From a bacterium (lineage in GTDB: Bacteria; Patescibacteriota; Minisyncoccia; UBA6257; JAUSGH01), in NCBI GenBank assembly GCA_030649055.1, contig JAUSGH010000002.1, positions 5,357-69,356 on the forward strand: 64,000 bases of DNA, read 5' to 3'. The position numbers and the translations under genes are program-made. Numbering within the stretch: position 1 is the stretch's first letter; each line of letters opens with the position of its first letter. Under the pieces are notes generated by a model. That model was given only the letters and a program-made list of their open reading frames with translations, did no database searches and was not told the DNA's origin. This document shows positions 39,926-50,057 of this stretch, in pieces.

Positions 39926-40106
39926 TGCGCGTCTCCCTTTCTACAACGAGAATTCCTCATACCTACACTGCCCACACTATAGCAATACCGCAGGCAAAAA
40001 TCAATGAGATAAGAGGCGCAAACAAATACATAACCCTTCGACAAGCTCAGGGAATAAAACGCAAAGGTTGAAAGATATAAATATAAAACTAAAGACAAAG
40101 AAGAAC

Positions 40107-40213
40107 GGCTCGCTTTCGAAATGAAATGAGTGCTAGAAGCCACGACAAAGCTGTACCCACAGGGGTACTGCGAGGAGGGGCGACAACGCAATCGCTCATT
40201 TCGAAAGCGAGCC
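40107..40213. repeat. Palindromic element with a perfect 18-bp terminal IR downstream of secY
   Basis: ggctcgctttcgaaatga ... tcatttcgaaagcgagcc, with an internal gtaccc/gggtac hairpin. Confidence 0.65.
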
Positions 40214-40218
40214 CCAAA

Positions 40219-41493
40219 CTACTCCATCCCTTCGTACTCACGCATCGTAAGCTGCGCCTCCAACTGCTGCATCGTCTCCAGCGCCACAGAAACAACGATT
40301 AAGAGTGCCGTGCCTCCGATGGTCAAGGTCGCGATGCCAGTGATGCTTTGCGTGATAATCGGCAAAACCGCAATCAATCCCAAAAACATTGCGCCAAACA
40401 ACGTCACGCGGTTCACGAGCTTGCTCAAGAAATCGCCGGATGGCTCCCCCGGCCGGATGCCCGGAATAAATCCCCCGCTCCGCTGCAAATTTTTCGCGAT
40501 TTCTTTCGGATCAAACGTGACCGCGGTGTAAAAGTACGTAAACACGACGACCAACACAAAATAGGAAATGCCGTAAATGAGCTGGTTATTCAGCAATCCG
40601 GCCACAAGGTCGTTCAAACGCACCGAAAGATCGGTTGAGACCACGGAAACGATCTGCGCCAAAAATTGCGGAAAAAGCAAAATGGAGATCGCGAAGATAA
40701 TCGGAATAACACCCGCCTGATTGACGCGCAACGGCAAATAACTCATAGATCCGCCGTACACCTTATTGCCGCGAACCCGCTTGGAATATGCTACGGGAAC
40801 TTTACGCTCTCCCTGATTCACAAACACAACACCGGCGATGACAATAATACTCATCACGACAAATGCGATATAAGTCGGAAGCATCGCGACGTCATAAGAC
40901 AACACCGCTGTCCGGACAGCTTGCGGCAGGGCGCTGACAATACCCGCGAAAATGATAAGCGAAGTACCGTTGCCTATTTTTTTCTCCGTAATCAACTCGC
41001 CGATCCAGACAAGAATCATCGTGCCCGTCATGATGATGATGACGTTGCGCATGATTTCAAAAACATCCAACGCCGGAAGTACGCCCTGACTGCGCAGCAA
41101 ATTCAGAAACCCATACGCCTGGAGTCCGGCAAGCGGCACCGTAATGTAACGGGAAATACGGTTGAACTTCGCCCGACCCTGTGCCCCTTCTTCGTAATAG
41201 ATCACTTTCAAGTTCGGGAAAATCATGGTCAAAAGCTGCATGATGATAGTCGCCGTGATATACGGGCCAACGCCAAGCATCATGATAGAAAGATTGGAAA
41301 GCGTGCCACCGGAGAATACGTTCAAAAAGCCCAACAACTGATTGGAACCCAAAAACTCCCGGAGACGCACCGCGTCAATGCCCGGAATCGGAATGGCGGC
41401 AAAAATACGAAACACCACGAGCAAAAACGCGATGCTTAAAATCTTGTTTCGGATATCGGGAATTTTTAACGCCGCTGCGAGTTTTGCAAACAT
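40219..41493 (-). CDS. secY: Preprotein translocase subunit SecY
   Basis: LGVGPYITATIIMQLL, GNGTSLIIFAGI, AGVIPIIFA, FIPGIRPG. Confidence 0.97.
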   Translation of the reverse strand: MFAKLAAALKIPDIRNKILSIAFLLVVFRIFAAIPIPGIDAVRLREFLGSNQLLGFLNVFSGGTLSNLSIMMLGVGPYITATIIMQLLTMIFPNLKVIYYEEGAQGRAKFNRISRYITVPLAGLQAYGFLNLLRSQGVLPALDVFEIMRNVIIIMTGTMILVWIGELITEKKIGNGTSLIIFAGIVSALPQAVRTAVLSYDVAMLPTYIAFVVMSIIVIAGVVFVNQGERKVPVAYSKRVRGNKVYGGSMSYLPLRVNQAGVIPIIFAISILLFPQFLAQIVSVVSTDLSVRLNDLVAGLLNNQLIYGISYFVLVVVFTYFYTAVTFDPKEIAKNLQRSGGFIPGIRPGEPSGDFLSKLVNRVTLFGAMFLGLIAVLPIITQSITGIATLTIGGTALLIVVSVALETMQQLEAQLTMREYEGME

Positions 41494-41549
41494 AGTATGA
41501 TTTGAAACTATCCGCGTTTTTCCGCGTTACTATCCGCGTCCGTCCGCTT

Positions 41550-41972
41550 CTATGCAACCACTTTACCACCCGCCGCTTCAATCTTTTTCTTCGCGCTCAA
41601 AGATACCGGAAGTTTTTCAACCGTCAACGCTTTTGCAAGAGTCCCCTCGCCCAAAATTTTGACCGGCGCTCCGGCGTCACGAATAAGTCCCGCCGCAACC
41701 AACGTGTCACGCGTGACCACAGCGCCCGCAACAGCATCAAGATCCTTGACATTCACCACCTGCATCGCCAATTTGTGCGGCTTATGATTATAACCGCGCA
41801 GCTTCGGCAAACGCATAATCAAATCACGTTCAGCCGGACGCATTCGGTGACCGGAACGGGATTTCTGACCCTTTTGTCCGCGACCGGATGTGTTTCCCCG
41901 CTTGCCGCCACGTCCGATGGTCGGTTTTGCGCGCTTTTGCGCAGTTTTTCTTTTTAGTTCATGCAATAACAT
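41550..41972 (-). CDS. rplO: 50S ribosomal protein L15
   Basis: GRG..RG.TSGRGQKGQKSRSG, RLPKLRG, KILGEG. Confidence 0.93.
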   Translation of the reverse strand: MLLHELKRKTAQKRAKPTIGRGGKRGNTSGRGQKGQKSRSGHRMRPAERDLIMRLPKLRGYNHKPHKLAMQVVNVKDLDAVAGAVVTRDTLVAAGLIRDAGAPVKILGEGTLAKALTVEKLPVSLSAKKKIEAAGGKVVA

Positions 41973-41979
41973 GTGAGTG

Positions 41980-42624
41980 CTATTTTATTTTACTCTTTCT
42001 CAATTGCTTTAACGCTTCCATGGTCGCCAAGGCATTCGTCAGCTTGTTCGGCGTGCGTCCTAATGTTTTTGCCACAACGTCGCGAATCCCAGCGAGCGAG
42101 AGCACGGTACGCGCGGCACCTCCGGCCCGCAATCCATGACCTTCAATAGCCGGCTTCAAACGGATGCGCGCCGCGGAAAACTTCGCTTCTACTTCGTGCG
42201 GAATAGTACGCCCTTTAAGCGGAATAAGAAAAACGTTTTTACGCGCCGCTGTTTTCGCTTTATCAATCGCACCGGCGACGTCCAGTCCTTTCGCAATACC
42301 GACACCGACTCTTCCCTTAGCGTCACCGACAACCATCGTAACACGGAACCGCATACGCTTACCACCGGCAACCACGCGCGTAACGCGACGAATATCAAGC
42401 GTTTTTTCTTGAAATTCATCCATCTTTTTATCCGGAAAAGGCATCCGGCGACGTTGTCCACCGAAACGATGCCCACCTCCTTGCGCTCCAAAACCACGGT
42501 CCCCCTGCGGACGCGCCGATGGAGCTCCGGATCCCGGAAACACCGGAGCTGAAACTTTTGCCGCCGGGGCTTTTGCCACGGACGCGCTTGCGGTATTCGG
42601 TTGTGCTGGTTTTTGTTCGTCCAT
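41980..42624 (-). CDS. rpsE: 30S ribosomal protein S5 (N-terminal low-complexity extension)
   Basis: RRVTRVVAGGKRMRF, TIPHEV, AGGAARTVL. Confidence 0.95.
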   Translation of the reverse strand: MDEQKPAQPNTASASVAKAPAAKVSAPVFPGSGAPSARPQGDRGFGAQGGGHRFGGQRRRMPFPDKKMDEFQEKTLDIRRVTRVVAGGKRMRFRVTMVVGDAKGRVGVGIAKGLDVAGAIDKAKTAARKNVFLIPLKGRTIPHEVEAKFSAARIRLKPAIEGHGLRAGGAARTVLSLAGIRDVVAKTLGRTPNKLTNALATMEALKQLRKSKIK

Positions 42625-42662
42625 AACTTTAAACTTGAAGCTTTAAATCTTTAAACCGGCAG

Positions 42663-43025
42663 TTAGAGCGCCAGCCCTCCTTCACGCGCGCCCTCAGCAA
42701 CCGCCTTCACGCGCCCATGATATTTATATTGGCCTTTGTTGAAAATCGCGGAAGCGATGCCGGCTTTCTTCGCCGCCGCGGCAATAATGCCGCCCAACTC
42801 CTTCGCGGCCGCTAATTTTTGCAGTTTTGCTTTCCCTTTATGCAACGCGCGCGTAGATGCCGAAGCAATCGTAAGGCCTTTTTCATCGTTAATCAACTGC
42901 ACGGAAGTATAATGATTGCTCCGAAAAACCGAAAGCCGCGGCGTTGAAGCGGATCCGAAAATCTTCGCCCGGTTTCGCGCTTTGCGCAATTGCTTATTCA
43001 GATTTTTTCGTTTGGTCAATCGCAT
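42663..43025 (-). CDS. rplR: 50S ribosomal protein L18
   Basis: PRLSVFRSN, YKYHGRVKAVAEGAREGGL. Confidence 0.95.
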   Translation of the reverse strand: MRLTKRKNLNKQLRKARNRAKIFGSASTPRLSVFRSNHYTSVQLINDEKGLTIASASTRALHKGKAKLQKLAAAKELGGIIAAAAKKAGIASAIFNKGQYKYHGRVKAVAEGAREGGLAL

Positions 43026-43031
43026 ATAGGT

Positions 43032-43589
43032 TTATTTCGCCGCCGTAGCTCCCGCGCCCGCTACTTTCTTGCCCGATTTACGCCGGACAACTTCACCCTG
43101 ATAATGAATACCTTTACCCTGATACGGCTCCGGCTTCTTGATCTTCCGTATCTTCGCGGCCGCTTCTCCCACAAATTCGCGGTTCACCCCGGACACCTTG
43201 ATGACTCCCTTTTCAACCACAACCGTGACTCCTTCCGGAGGCGTAAATTTTACCGGATGCGTAAAGCCGACATTCAGCACCAATGTTTTCCCTTCCATAG
43301 CGGCTTTAAAACCAATACCTTCAATTTCCAATGCTTTTGAAAATCCCTGACTCACACCCTGGACGGCGTTCGCGGCAAGCGCCCGCATGGTTCCCCAGTT
43401 CGCCCTCGCCTGTACTTTATCACTCGCGGCCGTAAAAACCAAATTACCGTCTTTTTGTTCAACGGAAATATAATCCAAAATTGGGAGCGTCACCGCGCCG
43501 AGCTTGCCTTGCACGGAAAGTGTTTTTCCATCCACGGTTACCGTGACGCCTTCAATAATTTTTACCGGTTGTTTTCCAATTTTAGACAT
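43032..43589 (-). CDS. rplF: 50S ribosomal protein L6
   Basis: MSKIGKQP, PEPYQGKGI. Confidence 0.95.
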   Translation of the reverse strand: MSKIGKQPVKIIEGVTVTVDGKTLSVQGKLGAVTLPILDYISVEQKDGNLVFTAASDKVQARANWGTMRALAANAVQGVSQGFSKALEIEGIGFKAAMEGKTLVLNVGFTHPVKFTPPEGVTVVVEKGVIKVSGVNREFVGEAAAKIRKIKKPEPYQGKGIHYQGEVVRRKSGKKVAGAGATAAK

Positions 43590-43635
43590 ATCTTTCTGCT
43601 GTTTAAATCTTTAAATATTGAAATAGTTTTTGAAA

Positions 43636-44016
43636 TTACCAAATTTCAAAAAGCAGTATCCCTCCAACCTTCGCTTTCCGAGCTTCAGTGGCAGTCAAGA
43701 TACCTTTCGGAGTAGAGAGCGCAAGCAAACCAAATCCTTGATGCGCGGCGGGGAGCTTTTTATAACTCACCGAGACTCTGCGCGATGGCTTTGCGTACAA
43801 TTTCACTCCGTGGATAACTCCGCCGTCAGCGTCATAACGAAGCTTCGCCTCAATGATACGCTTCGGCATTCTCCCCTTCTTTTCCGCGGACTCAAGATAT
43901 TTATGCTTCGCCAAAAGCTCCGCGACAGCAAAATCCATGCGCGAAAACGGCGCCTTGACACTTGCTAAGCGCGCTTGCTGTCCATTTTTAATTCTTGTAA
44001 GAAGGTCTGCTAACAT
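43636..44016 (-). CDS. rpsH: 30S ribosomal protein S8
   Basis: ADLLTRIKN, STPKGILT, VGG. Confidence 0.95.
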   Translation of the reverse strand: MLADLLTRIKNGQQARLASVKAPFSRMDFAVAELLAKHKYLESAEKKGRMPKRIIEAKLRYDADGGVIHGVKLYAKPSRRVSVSYKKLPAAHQGFGLLALSTPKGILTATEARKAKVGGILLFEIW

Positions 44017-44056
44017 AATGGGTATATTTAAACGTTTAAATATTTAAATATTTTTG

Positions 44057-44242
44057 TTACCAACTCGCTTTTTTCACTCCGGGAATTTGTCCTTTCCCTG
44101 CCATTTCTCGGAAACAAATGCGGCAAAGACCGAACGCTCTCATATAACCGCGTTTGCGCCCGCAGCGGAAACAACGGCGCACCTTTCGACTGGAAAATTT
44201 CGGTTTTTTATTCGCTCGCGCGATAACAGAAGTCTTTGCCAT
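44057..44242 (-). CDS. rpsN: 30S ribosomal protein S14 (zinc-binding type Z)
   Basis: MAK...RCFRCGR...LCRICFRE...IPGVKKASW, 61 aa. Confidence 0.95.
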   Translation of the reverse strand: MAKTSVIARANKKPKFSSRKVRRCFRCGRKRGYMRAFGLCRICFREMAGKGQIPGVKKASW

Positions 44243-44255
44243 TTGCTTTTTGTTT

Positions 44256-44759
44256 TTATGCTTTCTTGCTTTCTTGCTTTTTGAACGGAACGCCGATTTC
44301 ACGATAAATCTCGAGCGCTGATTCACGCACACGCCGCCGTGGAACAACGGTGACCTCCATGCCGAAATTTACCTTCACAGTTTCCATATTGACTTCTGGA
44401 AATACTATATGCTCTTTGATGCCGATGGTCAAATTGCCATGCTCATCAACGGCGGTATTGCTGATCCCACGGAAATCACGCACGCGAGGAAGAACGGTGT
44501 AAAGCACTTTCGCGAGGAAATCACGCATCCTCCGGCGCCGCAACGTGGCCTTAAGACCAATCGTCGTTCCCTCACGAATTTTAAAACCCGCGATAGATTT
44601 CTTTGCGGGGGCAAACATCGGTTTTTGTCCCGTGATAGCCGAAAATTCCGCGACAACTTCCGGCAACACCTTATCCGCAAAATTCGCGGACTGCGAGAGC
44701 CGTCCGATTCCGGAATTCACGACAACTTTTTCAATTTTTGAGAAAGGATCGTTCTTCAT
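44256..44759 (-). CDS. rplE: 50S ribosomal protein L5 (N-terminally shortened)
   Basis: [38 protein letters not shown]. Confidence 0.93.
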   Translation of the reverse strand: MKNDPFSKIEKVVVNSGIGRLSQSANFADKVLPEVVAEFSAITGQKPMFAPAKKSIAGFKIREGTTIGLKATLRRRRMRDFLAKVLYTVLPRVRDFRGISNTAVDEHGNLTIGIKEHIVFPEVNMETVKVNFGMEVTVVPRRRVRESALEIYREIGVPFKKQESKKA

Positions 44760-44764
44760 ATATA

Positions 44765-45067
44765 TTAGATTACCCCTCCGCACTTTTTGCAAATACGCAC
44801 TTTTTTATCGCCCTCAAACCGTGCACCGGGGCGCGTCACCTTGTCACAATTCGGACAAACGATCGCAACATTGGAAATTTGGATCGGCCGCGGAACGGAA
44901 ACAACCTCTCCCTTCTCGCCCTGCTTTTTGGCGCGTTGATGACGTTTCTGCGTGACGCCCTCAACCAACACAGTATGCGATTGCGTGTTTATGTGCAAAA
45001 GCTTTCCGGTCTTTCCCCGGTCTTTACCCACCATCACTTTTACATTGTCATTTTTCTTGAGCTTCAT
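44765..45067 (-). CDS. rplX: 50S ribosomal protein L24
   Basis: KKNDNV.VMVGKDRGKTG, PIQISNV. Confidence 0.93.
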   Translation of the reverse strand: MKLKKNDNVKVMVGKDRGKTGKLLHINTQSHTVLVEGVTQKRHQRAKKQGEKGEVVSVPRPIQISNVAIVCPNCDKVTRPGARFEGDKKVRICKKCGGVI

Positions 45068-45074
45068 ATTGAAA

Positions 45075-45443
45075 TTACAAAATTTCTTCCGCCAAAGGAA
45101 TAATGCCGTCATATCCGCGCTCTTTGACCTCGCGGGCGATAGGACCGAAAAGACGCGTACCGCGCGGCTGCTTCTTTTCATCAATCAATACCACCGCGTT
45201 ATCATCAAAACGGATATACGAACCGTCCGGTCTGCGCAACGGATTGCGTTGACGCACGATTACCGCCTTCACAATGTCTTTTTTCTTCACGGCTTTGCGC
45301 GGATCGGCAACCTGCACGGAAGCGATAATGATATCGCCCACTGTTGCATAGCGCTTTCGGCTGCCGCCGAGCACGCGGAAACACCGGACGGTACGCGCGC
45401 CGGAGTTATCCGCGACATTTAAAATAGAACGTTCTTGAATCAT
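45075..45443 (-). CDS. rplN: 50S ribosomal protein L14
   Basis: MIQ...VADNSGA, FDDNAVV, GTRLFGP. Confidence 0.95.
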   Translation of the reverse strand: MIQERSILNVADNSGARTVRCFRVLGGSRKRYATVGDIIIASVQVADPRKAVKKKDIVKAVIVRQRNPLRRPDGSYIRFDDNAVVLIDEKKQPRGTRLFGPIAREVKERGYDGIIPLAEEIL

Positions 45444-45682
45444 GATTGTTTGCCGGTAACCTTCCACCGTTTATCACGCGACATCGGCCGAGTCTCCTCA
45501 ATAACCACCTTATCACCGGTATGATACGCGCGTTCTTCATCGTGCGCCTTTAAACGGCGCGATACGCGGTATTGTTTCAGATATTTCGAGTTCATTTTCA
45601 TCTCCGACACTTCAACCACGACGGTTTTCTGCATCTTGTCGGAAACGACCACTCCTTTTAATTGACGGTGTTTGATTTCCAT
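45440..45682 (-). CDS. rpsQ: 30S ribosomal protein S17
   Basis: [27 protein letters not shown]. Confidence 0.95.
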   Translation of the reverse strand: MEIKHRQLKGVVVSDKMQKTVVVEVSEMKMNSKYLKQYRVSRRLKAHDEERAYHTGDKVVIEETRPMSRDKRWKVTGKQS

Positions 45683-45691
45683 ACGTATATG

Positions 45692-45892
45692 TTACGCGGT
45701 TACGGAAAGTTTTAAAAATGTTTCAACTCGGGCAATATTCTTTTTTATCTCGCGCACCTCGCGCACATTTTTCACCTTTCCGTTCTCCAAATCATTTTTA
45801 AGCGTCCAAAGACGATCGCGAAATTCAACGAGCAATTTCTCAAGTTCCGGCTTCGGTTTACGCTTCATTTCCTGAATTGCGGTGCGTTTCAT
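45692..45892 (-). CDS. rpmC: 50S ribosomal protein L29
   Basis: Position between rplP and rpsQ; REIKKNIARVET. Confidence 0.9.
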   Translation of the reverse strand: MKRTAIQEMKRKPKPELEKLLVEFRDRLWTLKNDLENGKVKNVREVREIKKNIARVETFLKLSVTA

Positions 45893-45948
45893 AGTATATA
45901 GTGAGCGGGAAAATTATGCAAATGATTATTTATAGTGAGCTGGTCGAA

Positions 45949-46359
45949 CTATTTGATGACAATCCGTGTTTTTACCGCCAATTTAAATCCGGCAAGTCGC
46001 AGCGCCTCGCGCGCAACAGACTCCGGAACGCCGTCCATTTCAAATAACATTCTGCCCGGACGCACCGGAAACACATAGTGGTCAACCGAACCCTTACCGC
46101 CACCCATGGTAACTTCCGGCGGACGCGCGGTCACCGGCTTATCGGGGAAAATGCGGATCCAAATACGGCCTTCGCGCTTAATGAAGTTCGTCATCGTGCG
46201 GCGCGCGGCTTCAATTTGGCGTGAGTCAATCCAGCTGGACTCCAGCGCTTTTAAGCCATAACTTCCGAATGCAAGCGTCAGTCCGCGCGTTTCAACATTG
46301 CGCCCGCGTGAGCGTCCTTTGTTCCACTTGCGATGTTTTACTTTTTTCGGCATTAACAT
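45949..46359 (-). CDS. rplP: 50S ribosomal protein L16
   Basis: [34 protein letters not shown]. Confidence 0.95.
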   Translation of the reverse strand: MLMPKKVKHRKWNKGRSRGRNVETRGLTLAFGSYGLKALESSWIDSRQIEAARRTMTNFIKREGRIWIRIFPDKPVTARPPEVTMGGGKGSVDHYVFPVRPGRMLFEMDGVPESVAREALRLAGFKLAVKTRIVIK

Positions 46360-46374
46360 ATGTGTGTAGCAAAC

Positions 46375-47082
46375 TTATCGCGCCGTCGGCATCTTCTTTG
46401 AATCAACTTTCTCAAACACTTCGCCTTTATAAATCCAAACCTTGATACCCACAGTTCCGTAGCTCGCGAACGCGGTCCCCTCGCCGTAATCAATCCAAGC
46501 GCGCAACGTCTGAAGCGGAATCTTGCCGGTGCCAAGCCACTCACGGCGGGAAATTTCCGCGCCGTCCAAACGGCCCGAAAGTTTGATTTTCGCTCCTTTT
46601 ACGTCGCGGTTCTGCATAACGCTCGCCAAATGCTTTTTGAGCGTACGCCGGAACGGCAACCGCTTTTCAAGATCCCACGCGATGTTTTGCGCGACGTTCA
46701 CCGCCGAAATCTCCGTACGCTTCAGCTCCTCCACGTTCAAGCTGATGGAAACTTTGCGTTTCTCCTCGCCCTTCTTGCGCGCGCGCCACAGCTTTTGTAG
46801 CGTTGCCTCAATAGCGGCGCTCAATAACTCAATACCCTTTCCGCCGCGACCGATAATAAGACCGGGACGCGCGGCTTTGATAAAAATTTTATAGCTGTTC
46901 GCGGTACGTTCAATTTCAACTTTGGAAACGCCGGCCGTGCCAATTTTTTCATCAATAATATGGCGAATGGTTTCGTCTTCCTGCAAAAAATCGCGAAACA
47001 AGCGCTGTTTCGGAAACCAGCGCGCGTTCCAGTCCTCCACAATCCCGAGCCGCAATGAAGTTGGTCTGACTTTTTGTCCCAT
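46375..47082 (-). CDS. rpsC: 30S ribosomal protein S3
   Basis: MGQKV.P...RLG, RPGLIIGRGG, SGRLDGAEI.R, PLQTLRA. Confidence 0.95.
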   Translation of the reverse strand: MGQKVRPTSLRLGIVEDWNARWFPKQRLFRDFLQEDETIRHIIDEKIGTAGVSKVEIERTANSYKIFIKAARPGLIIGRGGKGIELLSAAIEATLQKLWRARKKGEEKRKVSISLNVEELKRTEISAVNVAQNIAWDLEKRLPFRRTLKKHLASVMQNRDVKGAKIKLSGRLDGAEISRREWLGTGKIPLQTLRAWIDYGEGTAFASYGTVGIKVWIYKGEVFEKVDSKKMPTAR

Positions 47083-47141
47083 ATCTTTTGATTATCTGCG
47101 TTCATCCGCGTTGTTATCCGCGTCTTTCCGCTTCTATTCTC

Positions 47142-47642
47142 TTATACCGACTTTCTGTTAAAAATCCTCTTTAAAAATCCGGTCTTTTCTTTGCCTGATG
47201 TGCTCGATGTTCCCGCAGTTGTCTTCGGTGTTTTCGGCGCCTTATGCTCACGCGCTTCTTTTTTCGGTTTTTCGGGCTTCGCCATCACGAAGCGCGCGAC
47301 ACGTGTACGCGCGGATTCCGCGAGCGTCAACACCACATGGCTCATTTTTTTCTGCAGCGGCGTTGCCCGTCCCATGGCGCGCGGAAGCGAACGCTTCAGC
47401 ATCGGTCCCTGATCAACAGTAATACTAAACACAATAAGGCGATCCATGTCCATGTTCTTTACTTTCGCATTCGCGCTTGCCGAACGCAGAAGCTTCAGGA
47501 GCGGATGCGCGGCGCGGCGCGCATGGTACAACAACTGCGCCTCGGCTTCGTTCACGGGAAGTCCGCGGATAACATCGGCAACAAGACGCACCTTACGGGG
47601 TGCCATATGCAGATATTGAAGTTTTGCGGTTGCCTGTGTCAT
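47142..47642 (-). CDS. rplV: 50S ribosomal protein L22 (C-terminal extension)
   Basis: APRKVRLVAD.IRG, VDQGP.LKR..PRAMGRA. Confidence 0.95.
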   Translation of the reverse strand: MTQATAKLQYLHMAPRKVRLVADVIRGLPVNEAEAQLLYHARRAAHPLLKLLRSASANAKVKNMDMDRLIVFSITVDQGPMLKRSLPRAMGRATPLQKKMSHVVLTLAESARTRVARFVMAKPEKPKKEAREHKAPKTPKTTAGTSSTSGKEKTGFLKRIFNRKSV

Positions 47643-47704
47643 AAACGTTGTATCCTATTCGCGTTATTTTTAGAGCCTTATTCGCGATATTCGTGATTAC
47701 TATA

Positions 47705-48061
47705 CTATTTCTTCGGTACGGCGCTATTTGCGGCTTCGTTTGTTTTTTGCGCCGCGGCTTTTGCCGCTTCCGCCTGCGCGTTTGCCGCTTCAAGCTCGCG
47801 CTGCATCTTACCGCCATGTTTCGTGAATTTCCGAGTTTGAGAAAACTCACCCAACCGATGCCCCACCATTTCTTCCTTAATCGTCACGTTGTTGAATATT
47901 TTTCCGTTGTGAATGCCGATAACAAAGCCTACCATCTCCGGAGAAATTTCCGATGCACGCGCCCATGTTTTTATCGGCGTCAAATCACCAAGCTTCAACT
48001 TGGAAATCTTTTTCAAAAGATGTGGGGCAACGTACGGCCCTTTTTTGCTTGAACGTGACAT
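47705..48061 (-). CDS. rpsS: 30S ribosomal protein S19
   Basis: [28 protein letters not shown]. Confidence 0.95.
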   Translation of the reverse strand: MSRSSKKGPYVAPHLLKKISKLKLGDLTPIKTWARASEISPEMVGFVIGIHNGKIFNNVTIKEEMVGHRLGEFSQTRKFTKHGGKMQRELEAANAQAEAAKAAAQKTNEAANSAVPKK

Positions 48062-48100
48062 ACAATAATCTTTAAATCTTTAAATTTTAAGCATTCCGAT

Positions 48101-48931
48101 TTAGCGCACCTTTGGCCTCCGCTGGGTAATAAACTGCGTGGACCACTTTTTATGCTTACGGGTTTTTCTGCCGCCGGTGACTTTGCCCCAGCGTGTCTTC
48201 GGACGCTTGGTTCCTCTCGGCTGCTTACCTTCACCACCACCATACGGATGGTCCACCGGGTTCATTGCGGATCCTCGCACAGTCGGGCGAATACCCAGCC
48301 AACGCGAACGTCCCGCTTTTCCGATATTAACCAAATTCCACTCCGCGTTGGAAAGCTGACCGACGGAAGCATAGCCGTTCCACGGCACACGACGCGTTTC
48401 TTTTGATGAAAGACGCAAATCCGTATAGCCATCGCTTTGCCCCATGACTTCCGCGTATGTTCCCGCCGAACGCGCAATTTTCCCTCCGTTCCCCGGGCGC
48501 ATCTCCACATTATACACAAACATGCCCGTAGGGAAATGCTTCAACATCAGACGGTTGCCGGTCACGAGCGGCGCAGACTCCGCGACAACAATTTCGTCCC
48601 CTACCTTCATCCCCTGCGGCGCCAAGATATAACGTCGCTCGCCGTCCCGATAAAGCGCAAGCGCGATAAACGCGGTCCGATACGGATCGTATTCAATCGT
48701 TTCAATGCGTGCCGGAATATTCAACTTATCCTGCTTAAAATCCACCATGCGATACGCCTTTTTATTACCGCCACCTTGGTGACGGACGGTAATCCGGCCC
48801 TTATGATTGCGGCCCGCGTGGGACTGCAGGTGGCGCGTCAACGGCTTAAAACGGACATCGGTCGTGACCGTGGAATAGTCAACCGTTGTCATTTGCCGCC
48901 GTGATGGACTTGTAGGATTATAGGATTTCAT
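48101..48931 (-). CDS. rplB: 50S ribosomal protein L2
   Basis: GRITVRHQGGG, EYDPYR, RPTVRGSAMNPVDHPYGGGEG. Confidence 0.97.
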   Translation of the reverse strand: MKSYNPTSPSRRQMTTVDYSTVTTDVRFKPLTRHLQSHAGRNHKGRITVRHQGGGNKKAYRMVDFKQDKLNIPARIETIEYDPYRTAFIALALYRDGERRYILAPQGMKVGDEIVVAESAPLVTGNRLMLKHFPTGMFVYNVEMRPGNGGKIARSAGTYAEVMGQSDGYTDLRLSSKETRRVPWNGYASVGQLSNAEWNLVNIGKAGRSRWLGIRPTVRGSAMNPVDHPYGGGEGKQPRGTKRPKTRWGKVTGGRKTRKHKKWSTQFITQRRPKVR

Positions 48932-48982
48932 CTTTTTCTTCTACTCTTTTTCTTATCTCTTACTTCTTACGTCTCATTTCTC

Positions 48983-49285
48983 TTATTGCGGCAGTATATC
49001 CAATTTCTCGCCTTTTTTCAAGGTCACGATGACTTTCTTCGGGCGCTGTTCCAATCTGCTTCCGCGACCGGAACGTTTCGGCTTCGGCTGCTGGGTGATA
49101 GCATTGGTTTTTATGACATGCACACCATAGGTACGCTCAACGGCTTTTTTCACCTCCGATTGCGTCGCGCCTTCGGCAACTAAAAAAACATACTTTCCTT
49201 CAGCCGCGGCTGCCGTAGACTTTTCGGAAATCACTGGCCGCCGAAGAACAAACTTATTAAATTGTTTTGTTGCCCTGTTATCCAT
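48983..49285 (-). CDS. rplW: 50S ribosomal protein L23
   Basis: RPVISEKS, YVF.V, KK.IVTLKKG. Confidence 0.93.
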   Translation of the reverse strand: MDNRATKQFNKFVLRRPVISEKSTAAAAEGKYVFLVAEGATQSEVKKAVERTYGVHVIKTNAITQQPKPKRSGRGSRLEQRPKKVIVTLKKGEKLDILPQ

Positions 49286-49294
49286 ATTGCGTTA

Positions 49295-50014
49295 TTACGG
49301 TTTCGCGGTTCTTTTCGGCAATATCTTCCGTTTTTTCACCGCCTCAACCGAAACTGCTGCTGCCGGAGCCGGTACTGCCTTCTTGTTTTTTGAAACGGCA
49401 TAGTGTTCAGCCATCGTTCCTGCCGCGTCCTTATCAATCACAATCGCACGATAGCGAAGCAAGTCGTAGACATTCAGCGATGTCGGCGCGATTGTTTTCA
49501 TATCCGGCACATTAGCTGAAGCGCGAAACACCATTTTATTTCCCATTGCGGGAATAAGCAACGCGTGACGGGATGACAACACGCCACCGAGTGATTTCAG
49601 CAACTCCTTCGTCTTCGGCGCTTCCGGCATATGCTCAATAAATTTCACCTCTCCCTTTCTCAACCGCTCGGACACAATCGCCGCAAATGCCGCGCGAAGC
49701 ATTTTCTTGTTTATTTTTTGCGCATACGTGCGCTCGGAAACCGGTCCATGAGAAGCGCCACCACCTTTCCAAATCGGAGAACGAATAGAACCATGACGCG
49801 CGCGTCCGGTATGCTTCTGTTTCCACGGCTTTCTTCCGCCGCCACGCACTTCACCGCGTCCCTTCGCGTGCGCCCAAGGTTTCCGCGCATTCGCCATTTG
49901 CGCGACTAGCGCCTGATGCGCCAAGTCCGCGCTCCACTTGCGACCGAAAAACGCGTCCGAGAGTTCGATGTCGGAGGTCGTTGTTCCGTCCAAGTTGTAT
50001 ACAGGCGCTTTCAT
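49295..50014 (-). CDS. rplD: 50S ribosomal protein L4
   Basis: RGEVRGGGRKPWKQKHTGRARHGSIRSPIWKGGG. Confidence 0.95.
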   Translation of the reverse strand: MKAPVYNLDGTTTSDIELSDAFFGRKWSADLAHQALVAQMANARKPWAHAKGRGEVRGGGRKPWKQKHTGRARHGSIRSPIWKGGGASHGPVSERTYAQKINKKMLRAAFAAIVSERLRKGEVKFIEHMPEAPKTKELLKSLGGVLSSRHALLIPAMGNKMVFRASANVPDMKTIAPTSLNVYDLLRYRAIVIDKDAAGTMAEHYAVSKNKKAVPAPAAAVSVEAVKKRKILPKRTAKP

Positions 50015-50057
50015 AGTGTTATTCGCATTATTTCGTTTCAATTCGCATTGTTCGCGA

